Part shown: positions 10,970 through 23,506 of the stretch, one piece after another | Layout: every line of letters starts with the position of its first letter | How positions within the stretch are numbered: the stretch's first letter is position 1 | NCBI RefSeq assembly: GCF_001194135.2 | Contig: NC_068985.1 | Span: forward strand, 86,616,254 to 86,680,253 | DNA: 64,000 nucleotides | From: Octopus bimaculoides | Taxonomy: Eukaryota | Direction of reading: 5' to 3' | Notes under the pieces: model-generated | The model's database searches: none | The model's input: the letters and a program-made list of their open reading frames with translations, nothing else | Told to the model about the DNA's origin: nothing | Translations under genes and position numbers: made by a program

Positions 10970-12865
10970 ACACGCACACACACACATACACACAAATATC
11001 ATTATACTCATGAACATATGAACATACACTTACATACACACAAATCTGTACAAATACCTACCCACATATCTGTTCCCAATGAAAAAACACAATAATTGAA
11101 TTGCTGGATTTTAAAATTCTGTGAAATTTTCATGGTCAGAATATAAATTGAGAATTTAAGATATTGTGAAATTTATATTATTGTTTCCATATAATTTCCA
11201 GCAATGAGATTATGGAAATATAGATTATAGAAATTCTAGGAGATAATACGGGTGGGGGTAGTTTTAACAGGGGGTTGTGTAACAGAAGAATATAAAAATT
11301 AACCATAGCCATGGATGCATATATATATATATATGCTATTCACAATCTATCCATCCATCCACTCATCCATCCATCCATCCATCTATCCATCCGTTTGTCC
11401 GTCTGTCTCTCTGTTTGTCTCCCTACTATGAATGTATGTAGGTATATATATGTAAATATGTGTATATAGGCCAGCATGGGAAGTGGATGTTAAATGATGA
11501 TGATGATGACGACGACGACGATGACGACTATGATGATATATCCTATCATCGTCATTGTCATCATCATCATCACCATCTTCACCACTACCACCACCACTAC
11601 TGTTTTGCAATAGGTTCTATAGCTGTGTGCTCTTCTTAATCCCAATCAATTTACAGTACCAACTGTTTTCCATGGCGCCAGCAGCTTAGAAGACTGCAAA
11701 CTCTGATAGTGGAAGCTTTGTACTTGGAAGAGCAGGACTAAAATCTAAGAGAAGTGCTCAAAGCAGAACAGGTTTCTTGCTGCGGAGGAGCTACACACTG
11801 ATTCCAATTTTGATGTTTATTTATTTCAAGAACCTTTGGAATTTGATATTCAGGACAAATAAAATAAAATACCTGACATATTTTGTTATTACATTTAGTA
11901 GAACTATGTATGGTAAAATAGCAGTATTTGTAAACTAAACAAACATCCGCTGCCTTAGTTTGGATCATCAGGCTGTTAGTAGGTTTTTGCCTTTAAGAAT
12001 ATTTCTGGCACTGAAAGTCAATGCCAAATAAAGGTGATAAGGTTTCTTCAAAAGTTTATCTATTTGTAACCTTTATACAGGAATGATGTGAAAGAAATGT
12101 TCTATTCAGAAAAATTTTAAGTTGAAAAAAATTATATATTTAAAAGCATTCGCGCAAAAGCGGGTGACCCTATGAATAAATTAAAATCTCTTTGTCCTTA
12201 AATTTGATCAGGAAAAAATAAAAAACAATCAAACCATAAAAATGTTTTACAAAATCATTCGCTTTTAGCATCAGATAGAAAAAAAAATGTTTAAAAAAAG
12301 AATGAATGAAATAAAATCAAACCTATTGTTACAAACATAATTGGTTGGAAAACTTTTCGGCAATTTTTTCCTTCTTGTATGTCTGTGTGAGGGAGGTTGG
12401 CTAGGTTATAAGGAGAAATGAAATTGACTTTATATTAAATAATATCAAGACCATAATAATATTCTTCATATATTATTGCAACATTGAACAAAACAAATAA
12501 TGGCATAAAAATTAAAGAGACTCCATTATTAATTTTTATTTTATTTCTAGCAGCATTTTTCTTTCCTTCAGCACATAGACGTTTTATTATGTTAGTTTAG
12601 TATTATAAATATTGTTAAATATATATGCATATATGTATGTATGTGTGTATATGGATATAGCATCATCATTCTCATAATCATCAAATACATACATATGTGT
12701 GTGCGTGTGCACATGTGTATTTGTGTGTGTACGCATATGTATATACATAGCTATGTGTGTATGAATGTAGGTATCTATAAACATACAGACATATATGTAT
12801 ATAAATGTATGTATATATATATTTATGTGTGTATGTACATGTATCTTTTTCTCCATATTTGTCTT

Positions 12866-12913
<48 letters not shown>

Positions 12914-13289
12914 TTTCTATATGATGTACATACATACACACGCATACTACTTTTGAAATTATTTTAAACATTTAAAATACTTTGAATAAATAAGGAACAG
13001 TGCACACACACACATACATACACATATACACACATACACACACAACTACACACATACACACACACACACGCACACACACACACACACACGCACATAGGGA
13101 CACAACGTTTGTGTATAGTTTGTGTATAAAACCAGTGAAGAAGTTAGCAAGATGGCTGCAACTAAAATTCACCACAGCCTATCCATTGAGTGGCCTTTAA
13201 TAGAAGCCTCTTCTGTCTTTCGAATGTGAGGAACGATTCATAATTATTTCTATATACTTAGATGAATTGATTTCTCTGCTGGCTTATAA

Positions 13290-13760
13290 TGTCCTCTTCC
13301 CTCTCTGTTTCATCAGCACAATGAAGTTACTGTTTTCGTCTTGCTGATTACTCTAGTGTAACGAACCCCTAATCAATACATTGATAACCTTTCAGTTTGA
13401 CAGAGCCATTTTATATTTTCAAGCTGACCAAAGTTCACATTAACTTACTCAAGTTGCGAAGGAGACATTATAATGAGCAATGTCCTTTACACTTGGAGTA
13501 AACTGACCCTGTTACTGGCAGAACAATTGAATCGCATAATCATACAACTCAGAATATTTGTTGTACATTCCAAACTTTATAATTGATCAGTCCTTCTGAA
13601 AAGCAGCAACCTTTGTTTCAAGCCAAATCTCTACAGACTATTATCAGATCATTTGTTCTCATTAAAAAGAACTACCAATTCTTTTATATCCAATTCTCTT
13701 GCATACAGGAAATCTCTTGTCCTTTGCAAGTGCTGGTATTTTCCTTCCCTTTTACAGGTT
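13290..13760 (-). pseudogene. very decayed hAT (Charlie/Buster-like) transposase C-terminal remnant
   Basis: Minus frames give KELVVLFNENK / NKYSELYDYAIQLF / SFAT*VS*CELWSA, resembling EELIEL / YPELS..A..LL / PFATTYLCE.GFSAL. Many stops. Confidence 0.35.
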
Positions 13761-14241
13761 ACAATTGCAAATAAATCACTTGACTATAGTAAAGTGTTAT
13801 TAGCTTTTAAACCAATTTAGAAACCCCTTAGAATTTGTTATATTTCAAATCTATTGAATGCTTTGCTACTTTTGGTAGGTCAACATTTTTTTGGCTTCTG
13901 ATGTACACAGCCATCCCCCTACATCTATCCATCAAACCATACACACACCACACACAAATTTTAAGCATGCATATATGTATATATATAAAGGTACATATAT
14001 ATATATAAATATATATATATTTGTGTGTGTGTGTGTGCATATATATACATATATATATATATACATATACATATATATATATGTACAAACACCACACACA
14101 CACACACACACACACACATATTGAACTACTGAACTGCTAGTTGCCAACGCTTCCACTCAATATACATACATGCATACATACACACATACAAATGTGCACA
14201 TATATATGTAGGTGTATATATATGTACATATATGTGTGTAT

Positions 14242-14272
<31 letters not shown>

Positions 14273-14310
14273 CATGCATACATATATATGTGTGTGTATA
14301 CATACATACA

Positions 14311-14373
<63 letters not shown>

Positions 14374-15333
14374 GTATGTATATGTGGATTGAAGGGTATA
14401 TAGTTAAATAGATAGATAGAAACATACATATACGCATATATACATACATACATACATATATATATATACATGCCTACATAAATAGATACATAGTTGCATA
14501 CATAAATAACACATTCATGCTTGTACTGTAGGGTGACATTCACCAAAGTGACAGGAATAAGAATGTATATCAAATTATGCTGAATAGTGAAAATCAATTT
14601 CATTTTTAATTGAAATCTATGAATATTAAGGGACCAATCAGAATTAAGGTATTTCCATATATGCAAACAGGAACATAGAATTTATTGATTTAAACGGGAA
14701 TCTGGCATATTTAAAGAATTACCAGAATAAATATTCTATTTGATGAAATTGAAATTTCACAAGGTTTTGTTTAGAAACCAAAATATTCTTGACATCATCT
14801 CAATGTTTAAAACATTTCAAAAAGAACATTAATCATCATCATCATGTATATGTATACACGCGCACACACACACACACATGCACACACACACTCATATCTA
14901 CGCACATTTATATACAGAATGAGATGGTTGGTCATGGTTGGACATTGAACCTGTTGTTGCAACAGTATTTATTGTAACCGGAGACAAATAAACTCAGGGG
15001 CAGATGCAGACTAGTAGAAGTAGGGACCCTGCTACAGACACTGCATTTCACTTTGCAAATATTTTCTTTACATTTCCCACTTAATAGCCACCTCCACTAC
15101 CATTCTCTTGATATGTTCGCATATTTTTACTTTGGATGTCTACTATATCAGCACTTTAACCCACATGGATCTATGCAGGACTGCACCTAAAGACTCATGC
15201 TCTGGGTTTGGAAAGTTGAACTATGAACTTTTATGCTTCTTTTTCCTTCTTTCTTTCCGTCTCCTTATTCTTTTACTCCTTTCCTCTATGTTGTCATTTT
15301 ATTAATATATACCATTCTCATTTTCCCCAATTT

Positions 15334-15389
15334 GTCTCTGATGACGGAATGTCCCATACTCGGTGATATCCCAGAAACAGCTGTAAGAT
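15334..15389 (+). ncRNA. minimal type-I hammerhead ribozyme (family B)
   Basis: GUCU-CUGAUGA-[CGGAAUGUC...GAUAUCCCA]-GAAA-C(AGCU)G-UA-AGAU: helix I GUCU/AGAU, palindromic helix III ACAGCUGU, GUA cleavage triplet, imperfect helix II. Confidence 0.65.
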
Positions 15390-15449
15390 TTTGAATTTCT
15401 TCCTGTAATAATAATGTATATGACTTGAGATGTTTGCCTTGCCTTAATG

Positions 15450-15680
15450 TTTGACGTCCTGTCACCTTACTGGCACTTGTGCCAGTGGCACGTGAAAAAA
15501 CATTCGAGCGAGGTCATTGCCAGTGCCACTGGACTGGCTCCTGTGCAGGTGGCACATAAAAAATACCATTTGAGTGTGGCCGTTGCCAGTACCACCTGAC
15601 TGGCCCTCGTGCCGGTGGCACATAAAAGCACCCACTACACTCTTGGAGTGGTTGGTGTTAGGAAGGGCATCCAGCTGTTC
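15450..15680 (+). mobile_element. RTE-type 3' UTR fragment with tandem units
   Basis: Same gttgccagtgccactggactggctcctgtgcaggtggcac units as 7715 and 25100. Confidence 0.8.
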
Positions 15681-17401
15681 ATAAATGACATTGGGTCAGT
15701 TGGTCAGGGGCTAGTTCTATGGGAGAAACAGGGAGAAGATGAAGGAAGACATGAGAAGTGTTGTAAGCCATAAAGGGTTGCTGAACATCAGAAAGAAAGA
15801 AAGAAAACAAAGAAATGTGGGGGAAAAACATGGAAAACCCATGAAAGCATGGAGAATTGAATGTAACATGGAGACGATCATGATGATGATGATGATGTGT
15901 GTGTGTGTCAGTGTGTGTAAAGCTCATCAGTTTTAAAGTTAACATCTTATTTCTTTCTGCCAATAGGATCAATGATATAAATACAATATATATTGGTGAG
16001 CTGAGTGATAAAAATTAGTGTAGATCTAGGAAATAGATTACTGAAAGATAGGCAATCATATGGTTGAAGATAGCAAATATATTGGATTAACCTTCACTAA
16101 AAACAAGCAGAAAACATTGCTGTCTGTTAAAACAACAGCATATAGAGTGACATGGTAGCAATAATGGAAATAATGATGATGATGATGATGATAATAATAA
16201 TAATAATAATAATACTAACAACAGCACCACATTAGTTTGTCTCATTTCTCTTTGTTTTCCCTATCACTGATCAATAACTGTAAATGATATTAGAGTAATG
16301 TTTTAGTCTCAACGTATATCAAACTAGTCTTTACTCAGATTCACCTGTGCACTGCCATATTACAGAAACATTAATAAATAGTATTTGAGTGGGTTTTTTG
16401 TGTATTTTTTTATGCAATTACTAAATATAAAAACAATGTTTCGTTTATTGTTTGACTCTCTCTGTCTCTCTCTCTCTCTCCCTTTCCATTTTCATTGAAA
16501 CTCATAAAGAATTTTGTGTGTTTCTATCATCAAGAATTTATTCTGACACAGTGTTATTAGTTGTTTAGTTGGCACTGATGGTTATCTTAGAAGTATGACT
16601 AAATTTAATTCTTTCAGTTTACATTAAAAGCAACTAGACAAGAAAATTCAACTGAGCTATGTTTTTCTTATGGCAAAATGGGCGCTAATTTTATTTCGTT
16701 AGCTTTCATAAGCCATAGAAATGTGGCATTACCTAACCTGATGTGAGTTTTTAACAATAATGTCTATAGATGTGATTGCGTGTGTTTCTGTTCAAGGTGT
16801 ATATATAATGTGTATTATATATAACACAGCTCATTTATATTCATTATCTTGACTCAATGACAGCCATGGATTATCTCTTGACACTTTTCAGTAAAACAAG
16901 TTTTTTTCTCTTCTTCTCCTTCATATGGCATTGTTAAAACAAAATACATTCCAAGACTAAAGAAGAATAAATGTTTATATATGTGTAGGAATCTAAGTAT
17001 AATTGATTTAATAGAACACTGCTAGAATATATGACCAGAGTGCTGAAGTTTTGCAGACTTCTGGCTTTCATAAATGTAGCTGTGTTGAGATGTTCCACAG
17101 AGGTTGAGTTCATTTCTTTACCAAGACTCTCAACTCTACATTCACATGCTGTAGTTGTTTAGCCTTAGGTTGGTCCTGATTCAGCAGACCTATGACCAAA
17201 GGTGTTCCAGCTATGACCATCCTGTTGATACTGGTGCTAGATTAAAATTGCCACTCAAGAACACAAAATACTTCTCTCCATTCAAAAGACCTTGAGACTA
17301 TGGCAAAAGACTCAAGCTGAAGCAGCCAACCAATGGAAATGAACCTGAATCCCCATAGTTGCATAGCAAATGTGTTAACAGTTATTAGTGCAAAGAAGGC
17401 C

Positions 17402-17627
17402 ATCAATGAGCTGGTGGAATTGTTAGGGCATCAGGGAAATAAACACTTGGGGCAAGTTGTCTCAGTTCTTCACATTCTGTGTTCAGTTCCTTCTGAGCTC
17501 AACTTTGCTTTTCATCCTTCCAGAATCAATAAAATAAAGCATCAGTCAAGTATTGGATTTGATATAACTGACTTGCCTCTCCCCTCGAAAATGTTAAGTC
17601 TAGGGCCTCAATTAGAAAGCATTATTA
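17402..17627 (+). mobile_element. Nin/Deu-domain SINE, diverged
   Basis: gagctggtggaattgttag...aactttgcttttcatccttccagaatcaataaaataaag...ttagaaagcattatt aligns with the cleaner copy at 52804-53021. It accounts for most of ORF 17333..17719. Confidence 0.7.
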
Positions 17628-17787
17628 AGAGGCGGGTGCGTGGTACAATGAGTAAAAGAACAGGTAAGTATCATGTGATATTTAGTTTTACATCCCTTAC
17701 TGGGCTTGGGCGTGTGTGATAATAATTAATTATGAAAGCACTTTAAATATCTGGCACCCTATGAATATAAAATATGAATGATTAATA

Positions 17788-18360
17788 AGGCCCTTATTTC
17801 AAATTTGTTTCCTTGTGTTTGTGTGAATATTATAATCTAGGTGTCTACTTCAAATATGTGTCTTTGTGTTGTGCTCAATATAATTAACGAGGCTTTCACT
17901 TAAAAATAATTGACCTTGTGCTCTGCTCAGTATAATTAACTTGGCCCTCACTTTAAGTACATGTCTTTGTGTTGTGCTCATACTATTAACTAGGCCCAAG
18001 ACTTCAAGTATCTGCTTATGTGTTGTGCTCAGTTAACTAAACTCTCCATTCAAATATGGGTCCTTGTGATTGTATACAGTACAATAAACAAGGACCTTAC
18101 TACAAATTTATTTCCATTTTCAGGGAGCAATATCATAATCTAGGTATCCTCTTCAAATGTATGGCCTTGTGGTTGTGCTCAATTTAATTAATCAGGTCCT
18201 CACTTCAAACTCCTGGCCTTGTGCCATGGTTAGCATAATTAATGAAGCTCTCACCTCAAGTTTTCAACCTTACGTTGGTGTGAGCATAATTGGATGAGAA
18301 ACTCACTTCAATTTTGTCACTTTGCGTTGATGTTTCAGATCGTTATTAGAATTAATTAGG
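17788..18360. repeat. diverged ~51-bp tandem array, ~11 units
   Basis: Unit starts at 17788, 17839, 17890, 17942, 17992, ~18039, 18091, 18142, 18194, 18245, 18297. Consensus is approximately AGGcccTCACTTCAAAtat.tg.CcTTGTGttGTGCTCA.tATAATTAAc. Confidence 0.85.
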
Positions 18361-19375
18361 TTTCATAACAGCAACAGTGGCGTAGTGGTCTTTCAATGTT
18401 TAGGGACAAACAACTATGTTCTGAGTTCAAATACTAATGGCAGCTTTGTAAACATCATAATCAATATCATCATCATCTTCATCATCATCATCGTTAGCCA
18501 ACGCAATTTTACATCTTCAACTCTTCTCTATGATCCTCTTCACCCCCACCACCATTACGATATTTTTCATAATTTAAATTGTTTAAGAGCAATAAGTTAG
18601 TAGAAATGAAGGCTCATTAGACATTTCATGTCTTAAATGATTTCATTTCAGCCATCTCTTTTCAAATACCCCAACGATCAATAAAAAAATACTTCCAATA
18701 TAACCTGCAGTTAAAGAGTCATAAAACTACAAATATTTATACATAATACACACACGTATATGAGAACGAAATTCCATAATCGTTAGTTCAACAACATATA
18801 TTTGTTTTGTCTATATCTTTTCAGGAATACACATGCACACACACACACAGACACACACACAACACACAGCATACACACACACACAACACACACACACACA
18901 CACACACATGCACACATATATACATACATGCAATAATCACCAGGCAACAGAAGAAGCACATACTATGTCCTCTCCCTTTCGTTACTTGCCACTGTCCTTC
19001 TACCAATTTATCCTGACTGACCCCTGGCCAGTACACTTTCTCTCTCTTCATTTCTTTATTATCTCCCCACCTTTTTCATTCACTTCGTGTTTTTGATTTG
19101 ACCTTACAGACACATTCCCAACTTTTAAGTCACTTCAAAAAAGCCCTTGATGCAATAACACGGTTTACAAACTCTATGCATGGAATGACCAATTTTAAAT
19201 ACAATTGGAACTTACACACAAGGTACAGGAAACTTATATCTATACCATTCTGCTTAAATAATGGAATTGCAGACACACTATCCCTACATAACTCATGTCT
19301 GTTTTCATTCCTCCACTTCACTCTCTATTTCATATCTTCTCTAGAATAACTATTGCTTAAGCATTTTCTCACACC

Positions 19376-19423
19376 GTCTCCGATGAAGAGATATATAAAA
19401 TATCCCGGAAACAGCTGTAAGAC
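19376..19423 (+). ncRNA. minimal hammerhead ribozyme (family B) with CCGAUGA core variant
   Basis: GUCU-CCGAUGA-AGAGAUAU(AUAAA)AUAUCCCG-GAAA-C(AGCU)G-UA-AGAC. Same helix I/III as 15334. Confidence 0.6.
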
Positions 19424-19797
19424 TTTCTCTTTATAAACGTTCTGAAATCTTCCACGGCCTTGGAGTTTTATCTGATTCTGTTAATTCTATATATATATAT
19501 ATATATATAATATATATGTGTGTGTGTGTGTGTGTATGTATATATATATATATATATATACATATGTACTTTGCTTAGGCATTGCAAGACAAATAATTTG
19601 ATGTAGAACTCAATATACATATGCTTCATAAGAAAACGAGATGACAAAGAAACAAATGATTATCTTATGAACTTCGTCTTATTAACTAATATTCACTGAA
19701 TATTAATTGAAACAACTGTAAGGGATGATGATTAATTTGTTGTTAATACTAAACAATTATTAACTACAAATGTACCTACATGCATATACACAAATAA

Positions 19798-20644
19798 TGT
19801 AGTATCAAAAGTTCCTGAACTAGTTATGTTTAATAAAAAGATAGCTTATTTAATGAATCTTTAGCATCATCTCCTTGGAAATAGTCACCTTGCACAGCAA
19901 TACACCAATCCCAGCATTCCTGCTGCTTTTGGAATCTGTCCTGGAAGTTGTTTTCCATAAGGGAGTCAAAGACCTTCTGTGATTCACTCCATTATCTTCA
20001 CAATGGTGTCAAAACACTGACCTTTGAGCTGCATTTTCTTCTCGGGGAAGAGATGAAAGTCTGTAGGTGCTAAATCTGGTGAATAGGTCAGGTGTAGAAG
20101 CGATACCATGTTGTTTTTGGTGGGTGAGGAGAGTTTTGTGACAAGGAGCACTGTTGTCATGAAGAATCCAATTCTTCATACTCCACAGATCTGACCGTTT
20201 TCATCAAATTTCCCTCCTCAAACATTTCAAAATATCAGTCTTTGTCCTTCAATGATTCTCATGCATAAGCTGATGAATTTTCTCCACATTTTCGTGGGGG
20301 TTTCATCTGTCAGGGACATTCTTCCAATTTTGAAGTGTCCTTGCCACTCAAAACATTACGTGTGACTCGTTGCCTCATCACCATAAGCTTGCTGAAGCAT
20401 GTTCAATGTCTCTGTTGCAGACTTTCCAAGTTTAATGCAAAACTTTACGTTGGCCTTTGTTCTAACTTCCTGCCAATGACAAAAATCACAGATTACAGCA
20501 TACACACGTGACCACAACTTGCAAAGTGAACACATTGGTGTCAGTCATCACACAGCCTCACCACTAGCTCTCACTGTGCATGCAACCGTGTACTGCCATC
20601 TATTGGCGTGCTACAGAACTAGTCCAGGAACGTTTTGATACCAT
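19798..20644 (-). mobile_element. internally deleted mariner with both TIRs
   Basis: TIRs tagtatcaaaagttcctgaactag / ctagtccaggaacgttttgatacc. Minus translation contains TYSPDLAPTDFHLFP. Confidence 0.8.
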
Positions 20645-20652
20645 CTCTTTCT

Positions 20653-20688
<36 letters not shown>

Positions 20689-20778
20689 TGTGTGTGTGTC
20701 TGAGTCTGTGTGTATACACGCATACAGACTTGTACATATGTTTGGATATGTATATGTATATAAAGCTATGTACCTATT

Positions 20779-20866
<88 letters not shown>

Positions 20867-20938
20867 CACATTCATACATACATGCACAAACTTGCACACA
20901 CATGATCACACTCACACATATATATATATGCATACATA

Positions 20939-20976
<38 letters not shown>

Positions 20977-21021
20977 CATACATATGCATGTATATAAGTA
21001 TGTATGTATGTGTGTAAATAC

Positions 21022-21069
<48 letters not shown>

Positions 21070-21615
21070 GTATGTATACATGTATATATTTACACTATAT
21101 TACTAATGTACTTTGAGAAAACAAAATTATATTATCACTTAAAAAATTCAATAGGTAATTTTTTCCAATTCATTTCCATTAAGAAGAAATTCTTAAAATC
21201 TAATAACAACGTTGCTAATGTATTGGTGTGTAGATGCATGTATTGATATGCATCTCCCTACCGTCTCCCCCTCTCTCTTTATATATATATACATATACAC
21301 ATATATATGTTTATACATATGTATATATATATGTAGTTATATATTTATATATTTATATATATGTACATATAAGTGTGTGACAGAAACCTTCCTAACTAAG
21401 CTAAACTGCTGATCTCACAAAGCCAATAGCTTCAGTGAGAAAGAGAGAAGATATGAAATAGAATCTTGGACAAATGGAGGGAGAAAGAGGCAAAGTAAAA
21501 TTTGCGGAATCGCTCATTCACTGAGAATTCTGTTAAACAGAGATTTTATAGATTGTTATTCGACATGCTGAAAATAGCAGCTAAATATCTAACAAATCAC
21601 ATTGCACTCCTCATC

Positions 21616-21653
<38 letters not shown>

Positions 21654-21908
21654 TACTGTCATCATCGTTGAACCCATTTAAAATGGTTGATGTAAATTTA
21701 CGCATACAAACAATACCACTGTTGTCGTTGTTTTCTTTGCAGTCCTTCATGAAACTATGCTGAAGCTGTTTGTTGTTTGATATACATTGGGGCAGTTGCC
21801 TTGCTTGGAAGAAAAGTGTTTGATGTTAGCAAGGGCATCTGGTTATAGAAAATTCTGCGTTAATGGAGCCAAGCGTAACCCATGGAAGAATGAAGAACAA
21901 GAATGAAA

Positions 21909-22227
21909 TACATTATTTACATTATTTACATTTGACGGATATTTGTCCTCATCTTGTCTTTTGTTAACACGTTTCAGCTGATATACCCTCTAGCCTTCAT
22001 CAGGTGTCTTGGGGAAATTTCGAACCTGGGTTCTCATTCCTAAGGTATTTTTCAATTATTATCATCATTATTATTCATCAAAAAATGCCTTAGGAATGAG
22101 AACCCAGGTTCGAAATTTCCCCAAGACACCTGATGAAGGCTAGAGGGTATATCAGCCAAAACGTTATGTTAACAACGAGCAAGATGAGGACAAATATCCG
22201 TCAAATGTAAATAATGTAAATAATGTA
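21909..22227. repeat. long near-perfect inverted repeat (~144-bp arms, ~27-nt spacer) of the hammerhead element body
   Basis: 21909-22052 is the reverse complement of 22080-22227 with few differences. Each arm contains gacacctgatgaaggctagagggtatatcagc. Confidence 0.95.
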
Positions 22228-22658
22228 CATAATTCCTCTTCTCTTAAATATAGAACTGTAAGACAAGGAAATGATGATAATGATGATGTTGGCGGTGATG
22301 ATGATGATGATGATGATGATGGTGAAGACGATGTTGATAATGAATTTGATGGAGTTCTTCAGTTTAGTAATTTCCAGAAAAATTTTGTGATCCAGTTCAC
22401 AAGTCCCTGCAAATTTAAGAAATAAAATGCTGAATGTGGAAACACGAGAAGATATGAAAAATAAACTGCTTTTGAAAACTATCTTTTGTTTGATTAAAAT
22501 AATGAAAGCGGTGGGGGTGGGGGTGGGTGGAGGAGTTAGGTACACTTGAAAGGAGGAGGTGTCGTGATACAAACGGTTATGTACGATCAATCATACCAAC
22601 ACCTTCAGCCTCACAGCCATTGTGCTTCCTGTATCTCACGTGTGGAAAATAAATACCG

Positions 22659-23506
22659 NNNNNNNNNNNNNNNNNNNNNNNNNNNNNNNNNNNNNNNNNN
22701 NNNNNNNNNNNNNNNNNNNNNNNNNNNNNNNNNNNNNNNNNNNNNNNNNNNNNNNNNNNNNNNNNNNNNNNNNNNNNNNNNNNNNNNNNNNNNNNNNNNN
22801 NNNNNNNNNNNNNNNNNNNNNNNNNNNNNNNNNNNNNNNNNNNNNNNNNNNNNNNNNNNNNNNNNNNNNNNNNNNNNNNNNNNNNNNNNNNNNNNNNNNN
22901 NNNNNNNNNNNNNNNNNNNNNNNNNNNNNNNNNNNNNNNNNNNNNNNNNNNNNNNNNNNNNNNNNNNNNNNNNNNNNNNNNNNNNNNNNNNNNNNNNNNN
23001 NNNNNNNNNNNNNNNNNNNNNNNNNNNNNNNNNNNNNNNNNNNNNNNNNNNNNNNNNNNNNNNNNNNNNNNNNNNNNNNNNNNNNNNNNNNNNNNNNNNN
23101 NNNNNNNNNNNNNNNNNNNNNNNNNNNNNNNNNNNNNNNNNNNNNNNNNNNNNNNNNNNNNNNNNNNNNNNNNNNNNNNNNNNNNNNNNNNNNNNNNNNN
23201 NNNNNNNNNNNNNNNNNNNNNNNNNNNNNNNNNNNNNNNNNNNNNNNNNNNNNNNNNNNNNNNNNNNNNNNNNNNNNNNNNNNNNNNNNNNNNNNNNNNN
23301 NNNNNNNNNNNNNNNNNNNNNNNNNNNNNNNNNNNNNNNNNNNNNNNNNNNNNNNNNNNNNNNNNNNNNNNNNNNNNNNNNNNNNNNNNNNNNNNNNNNN
23401 NNNNNNNNNNNNNNNNNNNNNNNNNNNNNNNNNNNNNNNNNNNNNNNNNNNNNNNNNNNNNNNNNNNNNNNNNNNNNNNNNNNNNNNNNNNNNNNNNNNN
23501 NNNNNN
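22659..23506. other. assembly gap
   Basis: Run of N. Confidence 1.

Noticed and set aside
16724-16738. 15-mer TGGCATTACCTAACC repeated at 51112-51126
   Set aside because: About one or two such matches are expected by chance in 64 kb, and the flanks do not align.
17661-17671. ATACTTACCTG on the minus strand (U1 snRNA 5' end)
   Set aside because: The match stops after 11 nt and is simply the complement of a consensus splice donor.
17333-17719. 128-aa ORF as a gene
   Set aside because: Most of it overlaps a recognisable Nin/Deu SINE copy.
17788-18360. CRISPR-like array interpretation of the tandem repeat
   Set aside because: The context is eukaryotic, the units are diverged along their whole length, there is no identical-repeat/unique-spacer structure, and no cas genes are present.
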